The notes below the pieces were generated by a model. It was not told where the DNA came from, ran no database searches, and saw nothing but the letters and a program-made list of their open reading frames with translations. Of a stretch of DNA of 57,080 nt, positions 10,078 to 18,619 are shown in pieces. Source of the DNA: a virus (lineage: Duplodnaviria > Caudoviricetes); the IMG/VR virus record IMGVR_UViG_3300034104_001340, positions 1 through 57,080 of that record; one strand, written 5' to 3'. Position 1 is the first letter of the stretch; each line of letters begins with the position of its first letter. The translations under genes were made by a program, and so were the position numbers.

Positions 10078-10365
10078 TTAGCTCTCCAGTAAGGTTACAA
10101 GTTCCGGGTGCCCAGCGGCGCGGAATTTATTTGCTAAGGTGGTGTGGTTAGACCGCACCGCTTGTTTCATGTAATGCACCAGCACCCCACGAATTTGGTC
10201 TTTAAACGCTTCGGCTTGGTCACGGATGACCGGGTGGCAGTTACCGCCCACTGAGACGATCTTGGTAAGCGCTTGCTCAGCTATTTCCTCGGGGGTGAAG
10301 CCGCGACCCGAAACGGAGGATGCTTTGATGAGGCCGAGTGCTGCGCCGCCTGATGTGCTGAACAT
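10078..10365 (-). CDS. Conserved hypothetical protein
   Basis: 95 aa, tightly packed in the late operon. Confidence 0.7.
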   Translation of the reverse strand: MFSTSGGAALGLIKASSVSGRGFTPEEIAEQALTKIVSVGGNCHPVIRDQAEAFKDQIRGVLVHYMKQAVRSNHTTLANKFRAAGHPELVTLLES

Positions 10366-10994
10366 TAGAACACCCTCACTTTGACTTGACCATCGCGGTA
10401 CATATCCTGACGCAGCTTGCCGTCGCCAAGGTTCTTCAGCAGCTCAATAGCCTGCACGTACAGCTTCTCATAGTTTGCCACCACGTCAGGCTCGCCTTTC
10501 TGGAAGCGGATGGCTTCTACCAACGCACCGTTGAGTAGTGCTGAGTCGAACTCATCGCCCAGCCACGTAGTACCTGCAGTCACAATAGACTCGGGGTAGT
10601 ACCCGAAGTGAATCTCTGAGGCGTAGTTGGCGTTGGGTGTCGGCCCTACAAGAAACGTGTTCTGGTCAAATATAGCGTAGTGCTGTGGCTGCCCCGTGGA
10701 TGCTGCACTTGGGTATGCCTCACGGATAAAGTTCACATCTTTGTTCAGGAGAAATATGTAGTCCCCGTCACCGTCGATCACTGCCAGTGAGTACACGTAC
10801 AGCATGTTTGAAGGCATCGTCAGGTACTTGTTACCCAACGTGAACGAGCCCGTCTGATTCTTACGCAGCGCCGGAAGCTCTACAGTCGCATACAGCTTCT
10901 GTTCGGCTTGCTTAGTGAACATCGCAAGCTGATCTTCCGTGAACGTTTGCTCACAGATATCTTGGATGTTCTGCTTCAGCTCAACATAGTTCAT
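10365..10994 (-). CDS. Head-tail adaptor-like protein
   Basis: MNYVELK...G.P.HYA...LLNGALVEA pattern; position after the head genes. Confidence 0.65.
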   Translation of the reverse strand: MNYVELKQNIQDICEQTFTEDQLAMFTKQAEQKLYATVELPALRKNQTGSFTLGNKYLTMPSNMLYVYSLAVIDGDGDYIFLLNKDVNFIREAYPSAASTGQPQHYAIFDQNTFLVGPTPNANYASEIHFGYYPESIVTAGTTWLGDEFDSALLNGALVEAIRFQKGEPDVVANYEKLYVQAIELLKNLGDGKLRQDMYRDGQVKVRVF

Positions 10995-10997
10995 ACG

Positions 10998-11195
10998 TTA
11001 TGCCATGGGGCCCATAGCCATAGTGCCCTTGGTAGCTGCACCGGTGCCGCGAATTTTCACGCCGCCACCTTTCTTCATGCCGTGCATGCGCTTCTCGTGT
11101 GCCTTGACCTCAGTCTTGGCAATCTTCTTCGCGCCGACGTCGCCGCCTTTCTTCATCTTGACCATCTTGGTGCCACAGCTGGACTTGCCTTTCAT
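10998..11195 (-). CDS. Small basic protein with GG motifs
   Basis: 65 aa, Lys-rich, MKKGGDV and MKKGGGV; GGAGG RBS upstream. Confidence 0.7.
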   Translation of the reverse strand: MKGKSSCGTKMVKMKKGGDVGAKKIAKTEVKAHEKRMHGMKKGGGVKIRGTGAATKGTMAMGPMA

Positions 11196-11203
11196 GGTGC
11201 CTC

Positions 11204-11515
11204 CTAAGTGATAACTATCTTTACCGAGCCAATTGCCGGGATAAGCGCAGGGGTCGATACCGGCAAAGTAAGCTCTCTACTCTGCGGGTACCCAGTGAAA
11301 TCGGGTCTTGGGTTACGAATAGCTTGCGGATCACTGACCGGATACTCACCTAAATGCAGCTGAGGGTGGTCGGGGTTCCAGCATTCCGTACACGCGAGTA
11401 TGTTCGTATTTTTGCCCTTGATAATCAAGGCTTGCAGGTCGCGCAGCTTGTATCGGAAGCCGCACACATCGCACTCCGATATTGCCTTTTGACCTGAGGC
11501 GAACCTATTGGTCAC
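11204..11515 (-). CDS. Cys4 zinc-binding virion-module protein
   Basis: CDVC...CTEC pairs; PQAIRNPRPD. Confidence 0.7.
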   Translation of the reverse strand: MTNRFASGQKAISECDVCGFRYKLRDLQALIIKGKNTNILACTECWNPDHPQLHLGEYPVSDPQAIRNPRPDFTGYPQSRELTLPVSTPALIPAIGSVKIVIT

Positions 11516-11518
11516 GGC

Positions 11519-12223
11519 TTACCTCGGGAACATGACACGCGGGACGAAGCGAACCGCTGCCTTTTCACGATCTTCGCCAGCAGCCAGTTCAAACTGACGT
11601 TCATACTCGGTCTGCAGCATCGGAATGCGCTGCATCAAATCAGGCTCTTTCTGGGCGATATAGTACGCCAAACCCGCCACGAGGGCAGGGAAGAACCTGA
11701 AGTTCATATCCGGCGTCTGCACCCCTGCCCCAGCATCCTGAATACGCCGTAGGCGCCAATAGATCATCTGGTAGTATGGGGCGAGCAGGGTGCCTTGGTC
11801 AGGCACCGGCCATACGGTGACAGTGGGGTTGTCCCGGCCTCGGTCAATATAAACCTGAATCGGGCGCCCCTGCGTCTGCTTGTTGGGGATGCTTGAGTAC
11901 GTGGACACGCTGATACGCGAGATACTGAGGTCAGACTGCGTTGAGTAGTTACCCGCGCCCGTACGTATCACGTGCTCTAGCAGGTCGATGGTGTTGTCCG
12001 GGAGGTTATATGTGGCGGTGCCTTGAACAAGGTTAATAGACCCCTGCTCGATGGTCCACATGTTGATGCCACGGTTCTGCCACTCGATCGTCAGCAGGTT
12101 CATCGAACGACGCGCAGTACGCAGGTCGTAACCACTGCGCATTTCCCGTCCAGCACGCTCCCACGCTTCCTCGGCTATTTCCGTGAAGTCCATGTTGAAT
12201 GCGTATGTGCCGGACGTCGTCAT
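11519..12223 (-). CDS. Head-tail connector (adaptor)
   Basis: 234 aa; ARRSMNLL..EWQNRGIN.W...GRP...VWPVPD; adaptor position. Confidence 0.65.
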   Translation of the reverse strand: MTTSGTYAFNMDFTEIAEEAWERAGREMRSGYDLRTARRSMNLLTIEWQNRGINMWTIEQGSINLVQGTATYNLPDNTIDLLEHVIRTGAGNYSTQSDLSISRISVSTYSSIPNKQTQGRPIQVYIDRGRDNPTVTVWPVPDQGTLLAPYYQMIYWRLRRIQDAGAGVQTPDMNFRFFPALVAGLAYYIAQKEPDLMQRIPMLQTEYERQFELAAGEDREKAAVRFVPRVMFPR

Positions 12224-12225
12224 CG

Positions 12226-12462
12226 CTATTTCCTGTACGCCGCAGTCTTCTTGGCGACCTTCTTGGGCTGTGCTACAAACTGCTTACCCTGCTTCTTGCC
12301 TTCTCGCTTCGCTTTCGTAGTGGCTGCGTATTCCGCAGGACTCAGCGCCTTGATGGCCGCCTCAGGCAGGTACCGCTCACCAGTCTTACTGGACGGCTTA
12401 CCAGACTTGGTAGTCCACTTCTGCTCGGTCCATTTCTTCAGGGACGCTTGCGGCTTCTTCAT
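12226..12462 (-). CDS. Small basic protein (DUF5872-like, C-terminal half)
   Basis: SLKKWTEQKW...ERYLP...TTKAKREG...KQFVAQP. Confidence 0.65.
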   Translation of the reverse strand: MKKPQASLKKWTEQKWTTKSGKPSSKTGERYLPEAAIKALSPAEYAATTKAKREGKKQGKQFVAQPKKVAKKTAAYRK

Positions 12463-12713
12463 TAGTCTCGGTACCCGCCACCTGCAGCTTTGTACTTCTT
12501 AGCCAGCAGCTGTGCCTTGCGGGCTGACCACTGCCCTGCCTTTGTACCTTGCGTGGCCGCGCCTTTCACTTGATTAAACAAGCTTTTGCGGAGCTCGGGC
12601 TTGGTGTAGTTACCGGCCTCATTGACCTTCGACTTCACCTTGCCCCCCTTCTTGAGTGCAGCGCCCGGCAGCTTCTCGGGGTTAGTGGCCCCCATGCCTC
12701 GGCAGGACATCAT
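12462..12713 (-). CDS. Small basic protein (DUF5872-like, N-terminal half)
   Basis: YTKPELRK...GQWSARKAQLLAKKYKAAGGGY. Confidence 0.65.
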   Translation of the reverse strand: MMSCRGMGATNPEKLPGAALKKGGKVKSKVNEAGNYTKPELRKSLFNQVKGAATQGTKAGQWSARKAQLLAKKYKAAGGGYRD

Positions 12714-12716
12714 GGC

Positions 12717-12980
12717 TTACACCATCTTGCCTTTGGTGTGGCCTTTCTTCACACAGCCATCTGCACGGGTTACGCTACCGCCTTTTTTGTAGGCTTTGGC
12801 CATGCCGCCACCCATCATGCGCTTGGTACCGCAAGACCCACCCGTGGCGTACTTCTTACCTTTATCAGCTTTCATGTACTCTTCTCCTACAGACTTGGAA
12901 ATGCCCAGACGCTTTGCAGCTTTGGGGTCGTTTGCCACCATCGCCATCAAGTTGTGCTGGGCTTTGCTCTTGGATGGCAT
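12717..12980 (-). CDS. Small basic protein with GG motifs
   Basis: Start moved to MPSKSKAQ (12980), just after the upstream stop; ends RADGCVKKGHTKGKMV. Confidence 0.7.
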   Translation of the reverse strand: MPSKSKAQHNLMAMVANDPKAAKRLGISKSVGEEYMKADKGKKYATGGSCGTKRMMGGGMAKAYKKGGSVTRADGCVKKGHTKGKMV

Positions 12981-12981
12981 A

Positions 12982-13233
12982 TCAAACCATGCGGCCCTTG
13001 GTGTGGCCTTTAGTGCAGATACCGTCGCCACGAATCACGCCACCTTTGGCCTTGCGCTGGACTTTACCGGAGTACTCGGTATTCATCTCCATGCGATCCT
13101 TCGGCTTCATTTTTGCCCGCATGGCTTCGATTTCTTCGCGGGTCATGGCACGCTTAGGGGCGTTCCTGCTCGGGGGCGGGGCGGTATCGGGCAGTGCTTC
13201 CATGTTTACTGCGTCACTCGGTCGTCTCGGCAT
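12982..13233 (-). CDS. Small protein with GG motif and paralogous tail
   Basis: GAGG RBS; ends RGDGICTKGHTKGRMV. Confidence 0.7.
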   Translation of the reverse strand: MPRRPSDAVNMEALPDTAPPPSRNAPKRAMTREEIEAMRAKMKPKDRMEMNTEYSGKVQRKAKGGVIRGDGICTKGHTKGRMV

Positions 13234-13243
13234 TGTCTAATCC

Positions 13244-13504
13244 TCAGCAATTCCAAGCCCTAAGGCTTTTATTTATGCGACTATTCGGGTCATTCTTGGT
13301 CTTCTCACTAGTGTTCTTGGCCTTCATCCCAGACATCCGGGCACAGAATGACTTCCTGCGTCCAGCGTCTTTCTTGGTTTTGGGCTTCGGCGCGGGGGGT
13401 TTCAGGTTCATACCTTCTGCCTTAGCAGATGCACGACCCTTGGCGTTCAAGCCGCCCTTGGGGTCTTTGCCTTCCTTCCTAGTCCACGCCGGAGACTTAG
13501 CCAC
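13244..13504 (-). CDS. Small basic protein (DUF6321-like)
   Basis: GGLNAKGRAS...RRKSFCARM...SRINKSLRAWNC. Confidence 0.7.
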   Translation of the reverse strand: MAKSPAWTRKEGKDPKGGLNAKGRASAKAEGMNLKPPAPKPKTKKDAGRRKSFCARMSGMKAKNTSEKTKNDPNSRINKSLRAWNC

Positions 13505-14090
13505 AGAACACCGTTATCTTAGTAACTTCGGTCAACGTCAACACCGCGAAGTCGGTTACGCCGCTACGTGTAGTGAGCACCCCGTCCGCCGGAACAAACA
13601 AGCTGTCGGCAAACGCAGCGGAGCCCGCAGGGGTGTCCAGTTGGAGCAACGTAATACCCGACGGCCCGTTCAGGTTGAACTTGATACTTCCTGCGTTGGT
13701 TGTGCCAACGTAGTACAGGCTTCGTATACGAGTGCGAGGGAACGCAATAGCCCCCGTCGTACCAATACTCACGTTACCCGCTGAAGCCCCACTTGCGGTG
13801 ATGCTCTGTACGGCAGTGTAGAAATTGGTAGACGATGCTGTGGTCGCGTTAGCACCGGTAACCACTTCAGTTGTAATAGCCCCTGTGAGGTCGCCTACTT
13901 TTACACCGCGAATAGTAAACGTAATACCGCTATCGTTGCCTGCGGAAGTGAAGAGTAGCTTATACCCCGTGCCACTAATTGACACGTCGTTGATAAGCAA
14001 CGTTATTGCACCAGCAGCCGCGATACTTGCAGCGGTTCTGAGCAGTGTAGCACTTGTAGAGGGCGTAATAGCCCAGATATCACCCTGCAT
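13497..14090 (-). CDS. Virion structural protein
   Basis: 197 aa, beta-rich; GAGGAGG RBS. Confidence 0.7.
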   Translation of the reverse strand: MQGDIWAITPSTSATLLRTAASIAAAGAITLLINDVSISGTGYKLLFTSAGNDSGITFTIRGVKVGDLTGAITTEVVTGANATTASSTNFYTAVQSITASGASAGNVSIGTTGAIAFPRTRIRSLYYVGTTNAGSIKFNLNGPSGITLLQLDTPAGSAAFADSLFVPADGVLTTRSGVTDFAVLTLTEVTKITVFCG

Positions 14091-14112
14091 AACCTACCTC
14101 CTCAAGTGGACC

Positions 14113-14625
14113 TTACTGGTCAGCAAAGGTCGGTGCGGTTGTGCTAACGACGGTGCCAAACACCTGATAGGTCGTTGCGCTCGTACCAACAAACGTGATG
14201 TTCATGGCAGCGGGCAAGTTAACCTGCAGCTTGCTGTTGGAGTTACCATCGGAAAACACCATCGCCGGTTGCGCGGTAGTGTCGGTATCGAAGAAGGTTA
14301 CTCCGCCTACGAAAAACAGCAGGTCAGAACCAGTGGTAAAGATAGCGTCGTGGCCATCAGCTGCGCCACCGCCGTAAATGAAGTTGAACGAAGAGCCCGC
14401 GACCGGGGTCGGAAGGGTGTAAGTGCGATCAGCCGAAACGTCAGCAACGATGTTCAATACGCCAGAGTTAGCGGCAGTAGTGATAGTGACGTTCTCGTTA
14501 GGCAGGGCTACGGGAGCCAGACCTGCGTTGTTCAGTACAGTAACAGCGCCGGTAGTGGAGTTGACCGAGATGTTCTGGAAGCCGTTCTGAGACCGGACGG
14601 GACCCGAAAATGTAGTATTCGACAT
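14113..14625 (-). CDS. Putative head fibre/decoration protein
   Basis: N-terminus MSNTTFSGPVRSQNGF; YTLPTP motif; first gene after the capsid gene. Confidence 0.7.
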   Translation of the reverse strand: MSNTTFSGPVRSQNGFQNISVNSTTGAVTVLNNAGLAPVALPNENVTITTAANSGVLNIVADVSADRTYTLPTPVAGSSFNFIYGGGAADGHDAIFTTGSDLLFFVGGVTFFDTDTTAQPAMVFSDGNSNSKLQVNLPAAMNITFVGTSATTYQVFGTVVSTTAPTFADQ

Positions 14626-14631
14626 TGCAAA

Positions 14632-14710
14632 TTCCTCTCATGCGAGTTTGGGGAAGCAGTCTGCATGACGTCGGCCCGGAGCCGTCTGCTTCCCGGGTTG
14701 TTCCGGGGTT
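14632..14710 (-). ncRNA. Structured leader RNA, Mu-gpT-DE-like candidate
   Basis: Three interleaved pairings: 14702-14707/14675-14680, 14686-14694/14651-14659 and 14663-14668/14638-14643. Lies downstream of a Mu-gpT-like capsid gene. Confidence 0.65.
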
Positions 14711-14716
14711 GTGGTC

Positions 14717-14745
14717 TTTATATCAGGGTGTTGCAGCTACGTCAA
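14717..14745 (-). promoter_or_regulatory. Sigma70-type promoter
   Basis: TTGACG-17 nt-TATAAA on the minus strand. Confidence 0.7.
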
Positions 14746-14752
14746 CGGACAT

Positions 14753-14776
14753 AAAAAAGGGCCCCGAAGGGCCCTT
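14753..14776 (-). terminator. Intrinsic terminator after the major capsid gene
   Basis: AAGGGCCC-TTCG-GGGCCCTT followed by a T-tract on the minus strand. Confidence 0.85.
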
Positions 14777-14792
14777 AAGCATCGTGCTGTAT

Positions 14793-15710
14793 TTAGTTTG
14801 CGCCGGGGGAGCCGAAGATACCCAGAGAATCAGAAACTCCGAAACTGTATCTTTCTCGTGCCTTGTAACGAGCGTTGCCCGTATCGAAGTCCGCGTCCAT
14901 CCCAGTCTGCATCGGGGTACGAACGAAGTGCTTCAGACCGTTGGGCACGTCAGTCGTCAGGAACCAAGCGTTGTTATCAGTCAGGTAGTGGTTGACTGTA
15001 TAACCTTCGGGGATGGAACCGTTTGACTTGAGCGCGTTCAAGTCGTTGTCGGCGGTGCCAACACGCAGCTCAGTTTCAAGCAGGCGGGTAGCAACGAACA
15101 TCAGCGACGGAGGCACGATCATCTTGCGGGGCTGGGCTGCAATCAGCAGGCCACGTTCATCCGTCCAGCCAGCGATCTGAATAACGGCGGCTTCCAAGGA
15201 AGTCTCGTTAAGGTCAGCGCCAGTGGTCGGGCGGTTGCTGTTGGTACCACCGGACACCAGCGGGTGCGCAGTGGAGAACAGAACCTGACCGTCACCATAG
15301 GTCGGGTTGCCCGAGCCGGTGAAGCCTTGGTTCAGGATAGCTGCAGCCTTGACCTGTTTGGTATAAGCCATACCACGGGCCAGTGCCTTGGTGTAGCGAG
15401 CCGACAGACTGTCGTACAGGTTGTCTTCCATGGCCTCTTCGGTCAGGGAGAAGCCCATAGCGATGGTCTGGTGCGTATAGCGCGCCGTCCAAGCTTCCTG
15501 AGCGTTGTCGTAAACCATGGCAGAACCCTCGTTTTTCACGGGGGCGGCGCCAAAGCCGGACAACTTGGTTTCTTCTTCGAAGGAACGCTCGGAGGTTTCA
15601 GTCTCGAAAATCTCTTTGTGTTCTTCACGATATGTAGCGTACTCAAGGCCGAACAGGGCGTTGAGGCCCGGGAGCAGTTCCTTGAGGAGTTGAGCGCGTG
15701 AAATAGCCAT
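14793..15710 (-). CDS. Major capsid protein (Mu-like gpT family, HK97 fold)
   Basis: 305 aa, MAISRAQLLKELLPGLNALFG...DGQVLFSTAHP...AWFL; follows the scaffold; own terminator. Confidence 0.88.
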   Translation of the reverse strand: MAISRAQLLKELLPGLNALFGLEYATYREEHKEIFETETSERSFEEETKLSGFGAAPVKNEGSAMVYDNAQEAWTARYTHQTIAMGFSLTEEAMEDNLYDSLSARYTKALARGMAYTKQVKAAAILNQGFTGSGNPTYGDGQVLFSTAHPLVSGGTNSNRPTTGADLNETSLEAAVIQIAGWTDERGLLIAAQPRKMIVPPSLMFVATRLLETELRVGTADNDLNALKSNGSIPEGYTVNHYLTDNNAWFLTTDVPNGLKHFVRTPMQTGMDADFDTGNARYKARERYSFGVSDSLGIFGSPGAN

Positions 15711-15723
15711 GTCTCAGTTCTCC

Positions 15724-16335
15724 TTAAATACCGGTGTTCACAGTCATGCTGTGGAAGCCGAGGTTGATTTTCACCAGTACATCGGGATAAGCGTCGCTGA
15801 TGGGCGAAGCAAAACCGAGGATGCGGAAGGCGGCGGGGACAGTAACTACAGTTGCGTCAAGCGCACTGGTGGAATTGCCGGTCGAAGTGCTGCCAGTAGA
15901 AGTGCTCTGGGCAGCAGCGAAGAACGTATTCGCGCCAATGACAGCCTGAGTTGCAGTGCCGTCCAGCTGGGCTTGGAAAAGCACCATCGGGTCGTCTACA
16001 ACAAGCGCCTGCACTACGCCAGTGGTGCCCGAGGGGTAGTACTGACTGAAGATCAGCTGACCCTGAGCGTTAACGTAGTTGCAACCAACGAACACACCAA
16101 GACCACCGGTTACGCTGGTAGAACCAGTCGGCCAGTCATTGGTAGTGGCGTCAGCGCCGGTACCGGTAACAATGTTGATATAACCGCTGGCGTTTATGTA
16201 CACAACACTTCCGAAGAAGATGTTGGTAGAGTAGCCAGCCGGGTCGATCAAGTACGTGGAAGTGGCACCCGCGTAGGGCATGCCGTCCACGCGCTTAACG
16301 GGGCGAAGCCCGTAAGGTGATGCGGTGGTAGCCAT
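15724..16335 (-). CDS. Capsid-associated (decoration/minor capsid) protein
   Basis: 203 aa immediately upstream of the capsid gene; PYGLRPV...GVFVGC...VDDP. Confidence 0.7.
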   Translation of the reverse strand: MATTASPYGLRPVKRVDGMPYAGATSTYLIDPAGYSTNIFFGSVVYINASGYINIVTGTGADATTNDWPTGSTSVTGGLGVFVGCNYVNAQGQLIFSQYYPSGTTGVVQALVVDDPMVLFQAQLDGTATQAVIGANTFFAAAQSTSTGSTSTGNSTSALDATVVTVPAAFRILGFASPISDAYPDVLVKINLGFHSMTVNTGI

Positions 16336-16352
16336 TTTTAGCTCCTAAAAAG

Positions 16353-16799
16353 TTAACGTTTTCCGAAAGTTACCTTGGTTGACTGCTCGTTAAAAAGCGG
16401 CATCCGAGGGTCATTCTCGCGCATAAAGTTGTTGTTTACTGACGTCATCTGGCTCTTAGCCATATTGCGGTAATACTCATTCCGCTCGTCAACCATCTCA
16501 ACTGGGGCTTTGCAAAGCATCAGCCCACCCATAACGATGTTGTCCTTGAAGCGCTCGCTTTCGACGCCTACCAGCACAATCTCGGGGTGATCCGTGGCTT
16601 TTACGGGTTCCCAACCCTCACGCAGTTTCGAGGATACGTTAGTAGGATCAGCTGCCCCACGAGTGCTAAGGCGCACCCAGTGATACACATACCCCGGTTC
16701 TGGAGTAGGTGACGGAAGAAGCTCGGGACGTACCCACGATTTCGTGCGGGTGGTCGTTTCCCGGGACTCCAGTTCACGGCTCAGTCTGTTCGCAGTCAT
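16353..16799 (-). CDS. Conserved head-module protein
   Basis: 148 aa; GYVYHWVR...EGWEPV...GGLML. Confidence 0.7.
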   Translation of the reverse strand: MTANRLSRELESRETTTRTKSWVRPELLPSPTPEPGYVYHWVRLSTRGAADPTNVSSKLREGWEPVKATDHPEIVLVGVESERFKDNIVMGGLMLCKAPVEMVDERNEYYRNMAKSQMTSVNNNFMRENDPRMPLFNEQSTKVTFGKR

Positions 16800-17830
16800 T
16801 TCGTATTCCTCAGTTCAGCAACCTGTTTGGCGTATAGTTCGAGCGGCACTCCCAGCCGTTTGGCTATGGCGACCTGTGTTTGCGTTAAAGTGACCTTTCT
16901 AGGGGCCGTGCTCCGCGTAGCGGGTGCAACCACATTAGGTGCCTTGGCCTTAGCCTTGGGCGGTTCATGCTCTTCCCCATCGTCATCGTCAAACGACTCC
17001 GGGAACAATTTGCGCATACGAGAGTTAATCTTCTCGTAGTATTCGTCTGATCGAGGGTCTACACCCTCTTTCACTAGCTTGCTGTGGTATCCCAGTGCTG
17101 ATGCGGTCATCTCGTCATCTGCACCAAACCACGAATTTTCTTGTCTCCAGTTCTCTGCACGTTCATCCACTGTGGGAGCTTGCGTGGGTCGAACAGGAGC
17201 CGTTGGAGCCTGTTGTACAGGAGTTTCTCTTTCTTGTAAAGACTTGGGTTTTAGCCCAGCCACCTTGTCGCCCCTGATCTTAGCCGAGGTTAAGGCTTCC
17301 TGCGCCGCCAACAGTTGGTCAGCGTCGCCAGCTTCATACGCTTCTTTGTAGCGTTTCTTGGCGGCATCAAGCTCTAACGTAACCTGCTGCTTAGCCTGCT
17401 CAATGAGCGTGTTATGGCTACGGTCAGTCGTATTCTGGAGCTGTTTGTTTTCCTCCACCAGCTTGCGAGCGTAGGCTTCCAACTCCTGCCGTTCACGCAA
17501 AGCCTGTTCTTTGGCCCGGCGTTCGTCGTGGTAGCCCTTGCTGAAGTGCTGAAGGCGCTTCTTAACCTTGTCGGAATACTCCGCAAGCTCGTCGTCAGAA
17601 ACTTCCGCCGGAGGGTCAGATTTCTTACGGTTGCGATCCTTAGGCGGCGTATCGTCTGCTATCTCGATCTCAAACTCGTCGGTCTCTACACCGGGCTTTT
17701 CTGGCTTCTTGGTTACTTCATTGCGGCCTTTTGGCGGCTCAAGCTCAATCTTGAGCTCCTCCATCTGCTCTTGCTTGCTTGAGTCTTCTGCCTCGTGGGG
17801 GAACTCGAATGTCACTTCTTGTCTGGGCAT
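16796..17830 (-). CDS. Putative scaffolding protein
   Basis: Acidic N-terminus, long coiled coil, C-terminal LTQTQVAIAKRLGVPLELYAK; sits between portal and capsid. Confidence 0.72.
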   Translation of the reverse strand: MPRQEVTFEFPHEAEDSSKQEQMEELKIELEPPKGRNEVTKKPEKPGVETDEFEIEIADDTPPKDRNRKKSDPPAEVSDDELAEYSDKVKKRLQHFSKGYHDERRAKEQALRERQELEAYARKLVEENKQLQNTTDRSHNTLIEQAKQQVTLELDAAKKRYKEAYEAGDADQLLAAQEALTSAKIRGDKVAGLKPKSLQERETPVQQAPTAPVRPTQAPTVDERAENWRQENSWFGADDEMTASALGYHSKLVKEGVDPRSDEYYEKINSRMRKLFPESFDDDDGEEHEPPKAKAKAPNVVAPATRSTAPRKVTLTQTQVAIAKRLGVPLELYAKQVAELRNTK

Positions 17831-17843
17831 ACGCTGTTACTCC

Positions 17844-18281
17844 TCAGATAGCACGTGCAATAGCACGGGGGTTGGGGACGATGGCCTGCACGGAGTCGTC
17901 GTTGAGCAGTCGATACTCAGTAGCACCAATGCGGAATCTTGTGCCACTGTTTGGACGGAACATCACGTAGTCCCCAGTTTTGCACCAAGGGCCCGTCGGG
18001 AACCGGGTCTGGTCCGCGTAGGCTTGGTCACCCATGTCCAACACAAGACCTATCGACGACAGAATCAACTCCTCCCGCATGGTCTTTGTAGCTTTTAAGA
18101 TACCGCCATCGAACTCCTCCTCAACTTCAGGGAGTGCGATCAGCAGGTGGTATCCGGTGGGGGTGGGGATAGCTGCTTCCAGCTCCGCCAAGGCTCTCTC
18201 CTGCTCTGCATACAGCGCAGCTCGCTTCTGCTCCAGCTCAACCATAGCTGGGGTTTTCTCCGCTACTTCAGTCATCGTCAT
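17844..18281 (-). CDS. groES: GroES/Cpn10-like co-chaperonin
   Basis: PTGYHLLI...GGIL...GLVLDMG...GDYVMF...EYRLLNDD. Start placed at 18281 (18275 also possible). Confidence 0.8.
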   Translation of the reverse strand: MTMTEVAEKTPAMVELEQKRAALYAEQERALAELEAAIPTPTGYHLLIALPEVEEEFDGGILKATKTMREELILSSIGLVLDMGDQAYADQTRFPTGPWCKTGDYVMFRPNSGTRFRIGATEYRLLNDDSVQAIVPNPRAIARAI

Positions 18282-18465
18282 TCTCTCGATAGTGTCGCGC
18301 AAGGTCTGATACTTCTCGCCGTGCGGTCGCTAGACCTCGAATGACTCCGCACGTATGCCTGTACTCGTCGAAGCTTTTGGCGGCTCCTTCGGTCAGGGAT
18401 TCTTCTGAGGCCCGCTGCGCTGCAGCCAGCTTTTCTTCCAGCACGTCAAAGACGGTTTTAGCCAT
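18268..18465 (-). CDS. Small helical hypothetical protein
   Basis: 65 aa; FDEYRHTCGVIRGL. Confidence 0.7.
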   Translation of the reverse strand: MAKTVFDVLEEKLAAAQRASEESLTEGAAKSFDEYRHTCGVIRGLATARREVSDLARHYRENDDD

Positions 18466-18466
18466 G

Positions 18467-18619
18467 TTATCGACCCTGACCTCTGTAGGCTTTGTGGGAG
18501 CGCTTTTGCGCCTTATTCATAGAGCTACGTTTAACGGCACCGTCACCGATGCTCGTCCCCTTCTTAGCCTTGTGGGCCAGCTGGTCGCTGAGGCTGTTCT
18601 GACTGAACTGTTTGACCAC
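18467..18619 (-). CDS. 50-aa basic protein
   Basis: GTG at 18619 with AAGGAG upstream; ends TSIG...MNK...KAYRGQGR; overlaps the end of the portal gene. Confidence 0.6.
   Translation of the reverse strand: MVKQFSQNSLSDQLAHKAKKGTSIGDGAVKRSSMNKAQKRSHKAYRGQGR

Noticed and set aside
16167-16177. Partial match TAACAATGTTG to the palindrome
   Set aside because: Lacks the conserved flanks, is isolated in a late gene, and is compatible with chance.
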